This document shows, piece by piece, positions 27,947-36,700 of a stretch of DNA of 64,000 bases. The stretch is from [Candidatus Thermochlorobacteriaceae] bacterium GBChlB (lineage in GTDB: Bacteria > Bacteroidota > Chlorobiia > Chlorobiales > Thermochlorobacteraceae). The stretch spans positions 4,205-68,204 of the forward strand of contig JPGV01000003.1 in NCBI GenBank assembly GCA_000724175.1, in the 5' to 3' direction. The notes below the pieces were generated by a model. The model searched no databases. It was not told where the DNA came from and saw only the letters and a list, made by a program, of their open reading frames with translations. The stretch's first letter is position 1; every line of letters begins with the position of its first letter. Both the position numbers and the translations under genes were made by a program.

Positions 27947-29074
27947 TCACAGCACAGATGTTTTGGCAAGCGATGCTCGGTAGAGCGTCTCAAACGCATC
28001 AATAACGCGCTGCGGGTCAATCGCGGTTACAGGCTCTTCGCGTTCTGTATAGATGTTGATGTAATTCTTTCCTATCGGCGCCCATTCAATGCTTGTTGAA
28101 ATCGGCGTGCAAAGAATGACAGACGGAATGCCGAATGTTGCTGCGATATGAACATTTGCCGTATCGGGCGAAACCACCCATGCAGCGCGTTTTGTCAGCG
28201 CGATGACCTCATGCAGACCAAACCCTTCAGGCAAGAGCGTGATGGAGACGCCGGGCAGGCTCTGTGCCAATGTTTCTGCTTCGGCACGGTCGTCGGGAAT
28301 GAATGACAACAGAATTTTCAGTTCGGGATGCGCCGCTGAAACTGCTTGCAGAAACTGACGATTTCGGTCGTGTCCCCACTTTCTAACCCACAGCCGCGAC
28401 GAGATGTTGAACATTAAGAACGAGCCGTCGTTGAGCTTTGCCTCGCGTAAAAACTGTTCCGCCCTCTGTTCTGCCTCCGGTTGAATGAAAAGCGATTGAC
28501 GGATTTTTTCATCAGGATACTCTACGCCGAACGTTTTTTCCGCCAGCGTGATTAGCTGACGCCACAACGGCGTTTGGTGCTTGCCCACCTCGATTTCTTT
28601 GTTGAACAAGATTGAGTATGGCGAGAGCGGTTTCTCGAGATAGTTCGTTACTTTGACCGCACGGCGACCTATGATATTGGCAATAATACCGTCAAGCGTC
28701 AATCCAGTAAATGACAAGCCGAAAATCACATCGTAATTTTCTTCTCGCAAGACGCGCATCAACTTTATGAAGTCCCATACACCGCGCTTGAACAGAAACA
28801 CTCGATGAAGCCGTTGGTCGAACTGCACGATTGAGTAACCTTTCGGCGCGGTCAGCACGTCCAATTGCACATTCGGATGAAGGTCTTTGATGAAATTCAA
28901 CAGAGCAGTGGTAATGACCATGTCTCCAATCATATCCCGCCGAATTATCAAAATTTTCTTTACCTGCCGAATATCAATCGGCTCTTTCATCGGCTTGTTT
29001 TGGAAGAGTGGCTTGAAGATGGCGTTATACCAAATAATTTTGTTCCACTCCTCGAGTCGTTTTAGAAAGGTCAT
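27947..29074 (-). CDS. Glycosyltransferase family 9, paralog 3
   Basis: 375 aa. Contains ILIIRRDMIGDMVITT and PDTANVHIAATFGIPSVIL. It overlaps the upstream ABC gene by 4 nt. Confidence 0.85.
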   Translation of the reverse strand: MTFLKRLEEWNKIIWYNAIFKPLFQNKPMKEPIDIRQVKKILIIRRDMIGDMVITTALLNFIKDLHPNVQLDVLTAPKGYSIVQFDQRLHRVFLFKRGVWDFIKLMRVLREENYDVIFGLSFTGLTLDGIIANIIGRRAVKVTNYLEKPLSPYSILFNKEIEVGKHQTPLWRQLITLAEKTFGVEYPDEKIRQSLFIQPEAEQRAEQFLREAKLNDGSFLMFNISSRLWVRKWGHDRNRQFLQAVSAAHPELKILLSFIPDDRAEAETLAQSLPGVSITLLPEGFGLHEVIALTKRAAWVVSPDTANVHIAATFGIPSVILCTPISTSIEWAPIGKNYINIYTEREEPVTAIDPQRVIDAFETLYRASLAKTSVL

Positions 29075-30939
29075 GATGATTTCTCCTCTGTCATCGGGTC
29101 GACCGTTTTGGCGAATTGCATCTCGTAGAGCCGTTTGTAAATACCGTCCTGCACGATGAGCGCAAGATGATTTCCCGATTCTTTAATTTCGCCTTTTTCC
29201 AAGACGATGATGTTGTCTGCATTTTTAATCGTCGAGAGCCGATGCGCAATCACAAGTGCCGTGCGGTGATTCATTGCATTGTCAATTGCTTCCTGCACAA
29301 TTTTTTCGGATTCATTGTCGAGCGCGCTGGTGGCTTCGTCGAAAATGAGAACAGGTGGATTTTTCAGCATCGCGCGTGCAATCGAGAGCCGCTGGCGCTG
29401 TCCGCCAGAGAGGCGCACGCCTCGGTCGCCAATCATGGTCTCATATTGTTCGGGCGTTTCGCTAATAAACGTATGTGCGTTAGCAATCCGTGCTGCTTCT
29501 AGCACGCGCTCGCGGCTTGGGTCGTCTGTACAGCCGTAGCGAATGTTGTTGTAAATCGTGTCGTTGAACAACACGACTTCTTGGCTGACGACGCCGAAGA
29601 GTCGTCGGAGTGACTGCACATCGAACTCTTTGATATTGACGCCATCGATGAGGATGGCACCACGCTCGACATCGTAAAAGCGCAAGAGCAAATCGACTGT
29701 CGTTGATTTACCCGACCCCGACTGCCCAACGAGCGCCACCATTTTGCCCTTTGGTATCTCGAACGTGACATCTTTGAGCACATACTCTTCACCGTAACGA
29801 AACCACACATGTTGAAATGTGATGCCTTGCTCAATGCCTGTCAGCTGTTTTGTGCCATTGATTAGGGACGGCGTTGTGTCTAAAATCTCGAACAGTTTTT
29901 CGGCGGCGCTCATGCCTTCTTGAATGCGTGAATTGGTCTCGGCGAGTGTTTTAATCGGGTTCATCACGCTGTAAAGCGCAAAGGCGAACAAGACAAGTTC
30001 CGCCGAACTCATCGCGCCTTGAAACACCTGCACGCCGCCGAACCACAGCACGCAGGCAATGGCGCCGATGCCGAGCGTTTCATTAAGCGGACTTAGCACG
30101 CCACGCAAACTGTAGATTTTCAAATTGGCGCGACGGTATGCGTCGGTCAGAAATCCGAATCGCTGCGCTTCACGGTCTTCCATCGCGTTTGCTTTGACCA
30201 ACTTGACGCCGTTGAAAACTTCTTGCAACCGCGAATTCATCATTCCTGAATTGTCTTGAATAACATCAGCTTGCTCTCGCACATGCGCTCCGACGAAACG
30301 AATAATCATCAGGCTTAGCATCGACACCGCGAAGGCGAAGAATGTGAGTTGCCAACTGATGATGAGCAACACCGCAAGGTAGCACACTGCCAAAATGGCG
30401 TTTCGAACCAAGTTGATGAAACTCCCGCTCACATTGATTTGCACTGTATAGACATCGTTGTTCACGCGTTGCATCAATGTGCCGACACGATGGCGATTGA
30501 AATAATCCAACTGCATTGATAAGATTTTTCCGAACACATCGTCTCGGAGCTTCTTCGCTGTTTTGGTCTCGATGCGAAACATAATTTGGTTGCTCAAATA
30601 GAGAAAGATGTTTTTGAGCAAGAACGAGATGATAAGAAACAGGCAGATGTTGCGCAGCGTCTCTTCGCGTGTTGCGCCTTGCATCAGCGTTTGAAATTGT
30701 CGCAATGCTTCTTCTTTAAGTTTATCGGTGTTGAAGCGTCCCAAGTTGGGCGGCGTAACCGCAGGGGCGGGCGCAACGGCAATCGTTTTGTCCCCGTTGA
30801 ACACTGCATCGAGCAGTGGTAAGATGCTGTAGAGCGAGACGACGCTAAACAGCGACGTTAGGACGCCCAAGACAATCGTCAGAATCATCTGCGATGTTTC
30901 AGGCGCAAGGTATCGCAAGACTCTCCAATACAGGCTCAT
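29071..30939 (-). CDS. MsbA-like lipid/LPS-precursor ABC exporter (fused permease/ATPase)
   Basis: 622 aa. Has an N-terminal 6-TM domain, Walker A GQSGSGKST, signature LSGGQRQR and Walker B LIFDEATSALD. It is embedded among GT9 genes. Confidence 0.85.
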   Translation of the reverse strand: MSLYWRVLRYLAPETSQMILTIVLGVLTSLFSVVSLYSILPLLDAVFNGDKTIAVAPAPAVTPPNLGRFNTDKLKEEALRQFQTLMQGATREETLRNICLFLIISFLLKNIFLYLSNQIMFRIETKTAKKLRDDVFGKILSMQLDYFNRHRVGTLMQRVNNDVYTVQINVSGSFINLVRNAILAVCYLAVLLIISWQLTFFAFAVSMLSLMIIRFVGAHVREQADVIQDNSGMMNSRLQEVFNGVKLVKANAMEDREAQRFGFLTDAYRRANLKIYSLRGVLSPLNETLGIGAIACVLWFGGVQVFQGAMSSAELVLFAFALYSVMNPIKTLAETNSRIQEGMSAAEKLFEILDTTPSLINGTKQLTGIEQGITFQHVWFRYGEEYVLKDVTFEIPKGKMVALVGQSGSGKSTTVDLLLRFYDVERGAILIDGVNIKEFDVQSLRRLFGVVSQEVVLFNDTIYNNIRYGCTDDPSRERVLEAARIANAHTFISETPEQYETMIGDRGVRLSGGQRQRLSIARAMLKNPPVLIFDEATSALDNESEKIVQEAIDNAMNHRTALVIAHRLSTIKNADNIIVLEKGEIKESGNHLALIVQDGIYKRLYEMQFAKTVDPMTEEKSS

Positions 30940-30950
30940 TCGTTAGCAGG

Positions 30951-32069
30951 TCATCGTTCAAGAATTGGCTTCTCCGACGTCAACTTCTCGACAAAACGGT
31001 CGCACACCTCAATCGCTTGCTCGAGCGGAATTGACGAGAGGTTCAACTGCGGTGCGTGAATGGAAACAAATTCGGTAAATGACGGATACCATTGTCGTGT
31101 CCCAGCAGGCGTGTTTGCCAAAATGACAGATGGCACGCGGAAAATATCGGCAAAATGCACTGCTGCCGAATCGGGTGTTACGAGCATATCCAATGCTGAA
31201 ATGAGTGCCGCAAATTCTTGCAGCGTTTTGGTCTCGCGTGCGAGCAGTGCGCCGCTTCGGCGTGTAATTTCAAGGGCTTTCGGGCGATAGGCACTCGAGC
31301 TCATTACAACGATTTGCGCGTCGGGATAGCGCGCATGGAGCGACTGAATGAGCCGAATGAATTTTTCAGTTCCCCAAAATTTCAACTCTGTGCTGGCGGA
31401 AATGTTGATGCCGATGAGAAATTTTCCTTCGCCGCGCAATCGAGCCGACTCTTTTTCCGAAAATGCCAACGCCGACTCAGGCAGATAGAAATACGGTTGA
31501 AGTTCCTCCGCGTTTGGCTCAATTCCGAAAGGCTTCAAGACTTCAGCCAGTTGCATCAGCATTCGGTCGTGTTGGTTCGGCGCCAGCGCAAGGTTGTAGA
31601 TGAAATCGTTTTCTCGCTTGAACCCAATGTAGAACGATGCTTGTGCAAACAAACAGAACAATGTCGAGGTCGATGACGCAGAGTGAATTAAATCGACGAC
31701 GATGTCGTAGCGTTCTCGGCGGATGTCGCGCAGTGCAGTAAACACATCAAACCGCGTTTGTTTGATGACATACCGTTTTCTGATGTTCGGGTCGCCGTCA
31801 AGCACCGATGCGTTGCGTCGGTCGAGCAAGACATCGAGCGTGATGGTTGGATAGCAGCGTTTGAGTGCAGCAAAGATGGGCGTTGAGACAAGCGTATCGC
31901 CGATTTGATTTTGCCTGAGAAATAAAATTTTCGCGGAGTGAAAATCAACAGTCGGCGTCGCGCGTCGGCGTTTGATAAACAGGCGCATCAAGTAAATTAC
32001 GCCGCGTTGCAGACCGTATTCTGTCCACTTGACAATTTCGCTCAAGATGTATTTCGGCGTAAATCTCAT
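30951..32069 (-). CDS. Glycosyltransferase family 9, paralog 4
   Basis: 372 aa from the ATG at 32069, which forms an ATGA overlap with the lpxL-like stop. Contains ILFLRQNQIGDTLVSTP and PDSAAVHFADIFRVPSVIL. Confidence 0.83.
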   Translation of the reverse strand: MRFTPKYILSEIVKWTEYGLQRGVIYLMRLFIKRRRATPTVDFHSAKILFLRQNQIGDTLVSTPIFAALKRCYPTITLDVLLDRRNASVLDGDPNIRKRYVIKQTRFDVFTALRDIRRERYDIVVDLIHSASSTSTLFCLFAQASFYIGFKRENDFIYNLALAPNQHDRMLMQLAEVLKPFGIEPNAEELQPYFYLPESALAFSEKESARLRGEGKFLIGINISASTELKFWGTEKFIRLIQSLHARYPDAQIVVMSSSAYRPKALEITRRSGALLARETKTLQEFAALISALDMLVTPDSAAVHFADIFRVPSVILANTPAGTRQWYPSFTEFVSIHAPQLNLSSIPLEQAIEVCDRFVEKLTSEKPILER

Positions 32070-33016
32070 GCAGGAATTTCGGTTGCTTGGCGATTGGCAG
32101 CTTCCTCTACGCGGCTCGGCGGCGCATGTTTCCAACGGTTATGCAGCCAGAACCATTGTGCAGGATATTGCCGAATATATCGTTCAATCGCGTTGGTATA
32201 GCGCTCGGCAAGTCGTTTGACATCGTCCTCGTTGTAGTCCAAGTCATCGGTCAAAATTTCGGAAATTTCCAAACGGTATTTTCCGTCGCCTATGCGAATC
32301 GGCATTGCGAGTAGCATCGGCGAGCGCGTTTTGAGCGCGAAGGTTGCCGCGCCGAGAAAAACGGCGGCGTCGCGCCCTAAAAACGGGGTAAAGTATTTTA
32401 AGTCGTGCGAGGCTTGGTCGCTTAGGAACGCCACTAATTTTCCCTCGCGCAGTTTTTTCAGGCATTGTCGTGCTGCCTGTTCCATCGGCAATAGCTCGTT
32501 GCCACAGCGCGTCCGCCACTCGTTGAGCATGTTATCGAGCCAGCGATTCGAGAGCGGCTTGTAAATAATTGTCATTGGCTTGGTGATAAGTCCCCAACAG
32601 ACCGCCATCAATTCCCAATTTGCAAAATGCGCCGAGACCACAACACCGCCCCGATTCGCTTGAAAACACAGGCGTTCTGCGACGGCAGGGTCAATCTCGA
32701 ACAGGGCTTTCGCGTCGGACGGCGTTTTTACCAACGGCAAGCGCAGCGTCTCGAGCAAATTGACGGCTTGTTGTTCATACGTCTTTTTGGCAATGAGTGC
32801 GAGTTCCGTCGCCGATTTTTCGGGAAAAGCTAACGCGAGGTTTTGGTCGACCAATTTGCGTCGAAGTTTAACCGTTTGGTAGAGACACACACCAAGCGCG
32901 CGTGCAAGCGCGTAGGTTTGCTTGTTGGACAATCGGCGCGCAGCGATGCCAGCCGCCGTGAAGAGCGCCGCCGCAAGTCTATCGCCGATACGTTTCCACA
33001 TTTGTTTTATCTCCAC
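32066..33016 (-). CDS. Lipid A secondary (lauroyl/myristoyl-type) acyltransferase, LpxL/HtrB family
   Basis: 316 aa. Has an N-terminal anchor and the HFANWE acyltransferase motif (Hx4E). Confidence 0.85.
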   Translation of the reverse strand: MEIKQMWKRIGDRLAAALFTAAGIAARRLSNKQTYALARALGVCLYQTVKLRRKLVDQNLALAFPEKSATELALIAKKTYEQQAVNLLETLRLPLVKTPSDAKALFEIDPAVAERLCFQANRGGVVVSAHFANWELMAVCWGLITKPMTIIYKPLSNRWLDNMLNEWRTRCGNELLPMEQAARQCLKKLREGKLVAFLSDQASHDLKYFTPFLGRDAAVFLGAATFALKTRSPMLLAMPIRIGDGKYRLEISEILTDDLDYNEDDVKRLAERYTNAIERYIRQYPAQWFWLHNRWKHAPPSRVEEAANRQATEIPA

Positions 33017-33144
33017 AGACGTTTCACCTGAAAAACGCCGTTCAATTTTGTATTTTCAGCAACGCCTTGTAAAAGTTTGGCACTCTTTGCATGTCCAATT
33101 TATCGAGCTGCGGCAATCCACCAACCAGTTGAAGTAGATAGATG

Positions 33145-33156
33145 GCATTGCAATGC
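33145..33156. promoter_or_regulatory. Perfect 12-bp palindrome in the divergent lpxL-operon / hldC-tamB promoter region
   Basis: GCATTGCAATGC is self-complementary. It is followed by TTTTT and sits ~50 nt upstream of the ATG at 33207. Confidence 0.25.
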
Positions 33157-33206
33157 TTTTTGTAAGCAGTCAGTTTCCCAACGCAAACCGAAAGTACGGC
33201 GAATTT

Positions 33207-33716
33207 ATGATTCAATACGAACTTAACCAACGCATTTCCGAAAAGCCGCTTCTGTCGCTCGATGAAGCAAAATTGTTCGTTGACTTTGTGCAACAACAAG
33301 GCAAAACGGTCGTCTTCACTAACGGCTGTTTTGACATTCTGCACGCGGGGCATGTTCAATACCTTGCAAAAGCCAAAGCATTGGGCGACATTCTTGTGGT
33401 GGCTATCAACAGCGATGCCTCCGTGCGCCGCATCAAAGGCGAGAAGCGACCGATAAACCATCAAGACGACCGCGCGTATATCCTGAAAAATTTGAAGTCG
33501 GTCGATGCCGTTTTGCTCTTCGAGGACGACACGCCGCTGCGCGTCATCGAGACGCTCTTGCCCGATGTGCTGGTCAAAGGCAACGATTGGGCAGTTGAAA
33601 ATATCGTCGGCAAAGATGCCGTCGAGTCGCACGGCGGGCGCGTTCAAACGATTGAGTTTCTGGACGGACGCTCGACCACTGGCACCATTGAAAAAGTATT
33701 GAAAGCGTATTGTTAA
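33207..33716 (+). CDS. rfaE2: D-glycero-beta-D-manno-heptose 1-phosphate adenylyltransferase (RfaE domain II / HldC)
   Basis: 169 aa from the ATG at 33207. Has the cytidylyltransferase-fold motif FTNGCFDILHAGHVQYL and the SDASV..IKG motif. The kinase domain is absent. Confidence 0.88.
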   Translation: MIQYELNQRISEKPLLSLDEAKLFVDFVQQQGKTVVFTNGCFDILHAGHVQYLAKAKALGDILVVAINSDASVRRIKGEKRPINHQDDRAYILKNLKSVDAVLLFEDDTPLRVIETLLPDVLVKGNDWAVENIVGKDAVESHGGRVQTIEFLDGRSTTGTIEKVLKAYC

Positions 33717-33740
33717 AGCTGTTAGGCGAATGGCTGAATT

Positions 33741-36700
33741 ATGGTAAGGTTTTTCACATGGGTTCGATATCTGTTGATTTATTCCAGTCGCAGTGCGTTC
33801 TCTGCGCTTGCCCTTGTATTGGTGCTGGTCGGCGGCGGATACGGCTTTGCGCAAACCGACGCGGGCAAGGCGTTCATCAAATCTAAAGTTCAAGCCCTCT
33901 TTGCGCAGAACTTCAACGGACGCATTGATTTTGAAAGCCTCTCCATCAGTCTCCCCAATAAACTTTTGCTTAACGGGTTTAAAGTCTATGTCGGCAAAGA
34001 CCGATTGCCGAGCGTTGCCGCCGCAAGCATCAGCGTGGAAGTCCTACCCGACGTGATTTACGATGGCTTGCTCAATGGATTTCTCGACCGTGTTCATGTT
34101 CGAAAAATTGAAATCGTTGAGCCCACGCTGCGCTTGATTGAGGACGATGCAGGCGACTTTACGCTGTTGCAGCTCTTGAAGCCCGACTCGACGGCCAAGC
34201 CCGATACGAACATTGAACGGCTGCCACGCATCATTCTTGACGAGGTTGCGATTCTGAACGGCGATGTGCTTTGGAAGCGCCTCGTGAAATCGGCAACGAC
34301 CAACGCCTCGGCGCAATTTTCCGAACAGCGCGTTGCAAAGTTGAACATCCGACTTAAAGTGGAAATCGCGGAAAAACTTGTTGCGGGCGTCTTACAGGAA
34401 TTTAACTTTGAACTTCAACCAGTCGATTTCACACTGCAAAATGTGTCGGGCTATTTTCGAATCACCGACCAGCAAATTGAGTTACTTTCTTTTCAAGCGG
34501 CGACCAGTGAGTCGGACGTGTCTTGCACGGCGCAGATTTCAGGCGTGAATGTCTTTGACTCCGTTTCGGTCGATGCGCTCAAAAACGCGCTGATTGCAGT
34601 GCATCTGCGTTCCGAGAAGCTCTCGCTGCAAGAGTTCAAACGCTTTGCGCCGAGCATTTCATTACCTTCGGGCAACTACAGTTTCACTCTTGACGCCAAA
34701 GGCACATCGGAATCCCTAACGATAAAACCAAGTTTTATTCAAACGCCCGCAAGCCGCCTAAACATTGAAGGCACGGTGGAAAATCTTGCCGACATTGAAA
34801 AATTGCGCGTCGATGTCTCGACGAAAAATTCGTTTCTCTCAACCGAGGAACTGCCGAAACTTCTGCCGAAGATAGACCTGCCCGACGTCTCGCGCTTCGG
34901 AAAGGTCGTCTTGAACGGACGTTTTCGCGGCTCGATGAGAAAAATTCGAACGGAGTTTTCGCTCTCGACCCGCGCGGGCGACGGCGTTGCGGATATGGAC
35001 GTCGGGTTCGGCAAAAATGCGCCGCTTACCTACAACGGCAGTTTAACCATTCGCAGCCTCAATCTCGCCGCCGCACTTGGCGACTCATCGCGCAAAACCA
35101 ACATCAACTTTACGGGAACGGTCGAGGGCAGAGGGACGACAATTACAGATGCTGACGCGCATTTTACGGGACGCTTAGAAAAATCAACCATTTTGAAACG
35201 CGAGATTTCGTCGGCGCAGCTCGACATCACAGTCAAAGACAAGCGCGTTACGGGCGACTTTAAACTCTACGCCGATACACAAGCGGTCGCCTTCAACGGC
35301 GTGATTGATTTCTCGAAGCCGGAACCGACTTACGAGGGCGCAGGGCGCTTGGAGCGGTTCAACCTTGGCAAGTGGATTCAGGACGACAGTTTGCAAACGA
35401 GTTTGTCGCTCAACTACACGGTGAATGGCAAAAACTTTGCGCCCGATAAGGCAAGCGGTTTTTTTGAAATCACCTTTGACTCGTCGAGCATTATCGCATT
35501 GACCATTCCGAAGGGCGCGGTGGCAGCGCTCTCAATAGACCAAACGCCCGAATCGTCGTCCATCAATCTGACCAGCGACATCGTCAGTTTTGAAGCAAAC
35601 GGAAAATTTGACTTGGCAAAACTCTACCAACTTATTTCGCTCGAAGGCTCGGTCTTGCGCGAGGAGCTTTACAAAGACAATATTTTCAGAGATGAAACTA
35701 CCGAAGAGATGCGCAAGAGAGCTGCCGCGCGCGCCGATTCGTTACTTGCCGCGATTAGCAAATCAAAGCGGTTGAAATCGACGCATGCAACTCTGGATTC
35801 TATCGGCGTCTTGCCCGACCTTGACGCCACTTACGCGCTCCGATTTAAAAAACTCTCGCAACTGGCGTTGCTCGTTAAATCCAATTACTTCAACGCCGTC
35901 GGCGCTGTTACAGGCACGCTAAGAACCAGCGCTCGACGCTGCACCTTCACTGCTGCCGTCGCGAGCGACTCAGCAAGTTTCGGCTCCGTCTTCGCTGCAC
36001 GCACGCTCAAAGGAGCGCTGGTTTATACCGACAGCATCTCGATTGATACAGTGTTGCGACGCCCTCAACATACACTTTCAGCGACGTTCAACGCAAATGT
36101 GTTTCGAATGAAACTCGCACAGCAGCGCTTTGTAAAAACCAATTTCAAGTCGAAATACACGACAGGCGACCTTGATTTAAATTTTAGAACCACAAACCAG
36201 AACACGAAGGGACTCATCGACCTTGACGTTGACATCCGCGTCATTGACGACCGCTACGAAGCTAACATTCGCAATGCGTCTTTCGCCACGCAAAACTACC
36301 TTTGGCAGAGCGACCCGTTTGCCAAAATTCAAATCAGCAAAAACCTCGTCAAGTTCGAGAACGTTCACTTTACCAACGACGATCAAGACATTCGCATCGA
36401 GGGCGCGCTTGAACCCTCGGGCAATAACTACATCTCGCTGCTCGTGAAAAACTTTTCGCTCGCTGAACTGCGTCAGTTCATTTTTAACAATCCTAATCAA
36501 CGGCTCGACGGGCGACTGAATTTGAGCGCAGATTTTTCAGGAAACCTTGTTGCACCCAGCATCGCCTTTGAAGCCAATCTGGACCAGTTCTCTTACGACA
36601 TTGTCGACTTTGGACACATCGGGCTGCGAGGCGGATACGCGAATCGTCAATTCACATTCTCATTTGAAGCCAACCTCGACACCGTGCGATACGCCGCGCT

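Noticed and set aside
33042-33893. 283-codon minus-strand ORF spanning the lpxL/hldC intergenic region and lying antisense to hldC and the tamB start
   Set aside because: The opposite strand encodes a protein with clear cytidylyltransferase motifs (FTNGCFDILHAGH). The antisense translation is low-complexity and R/Q/F-rich with no recognisable motif. This is a typical shadow ORF.
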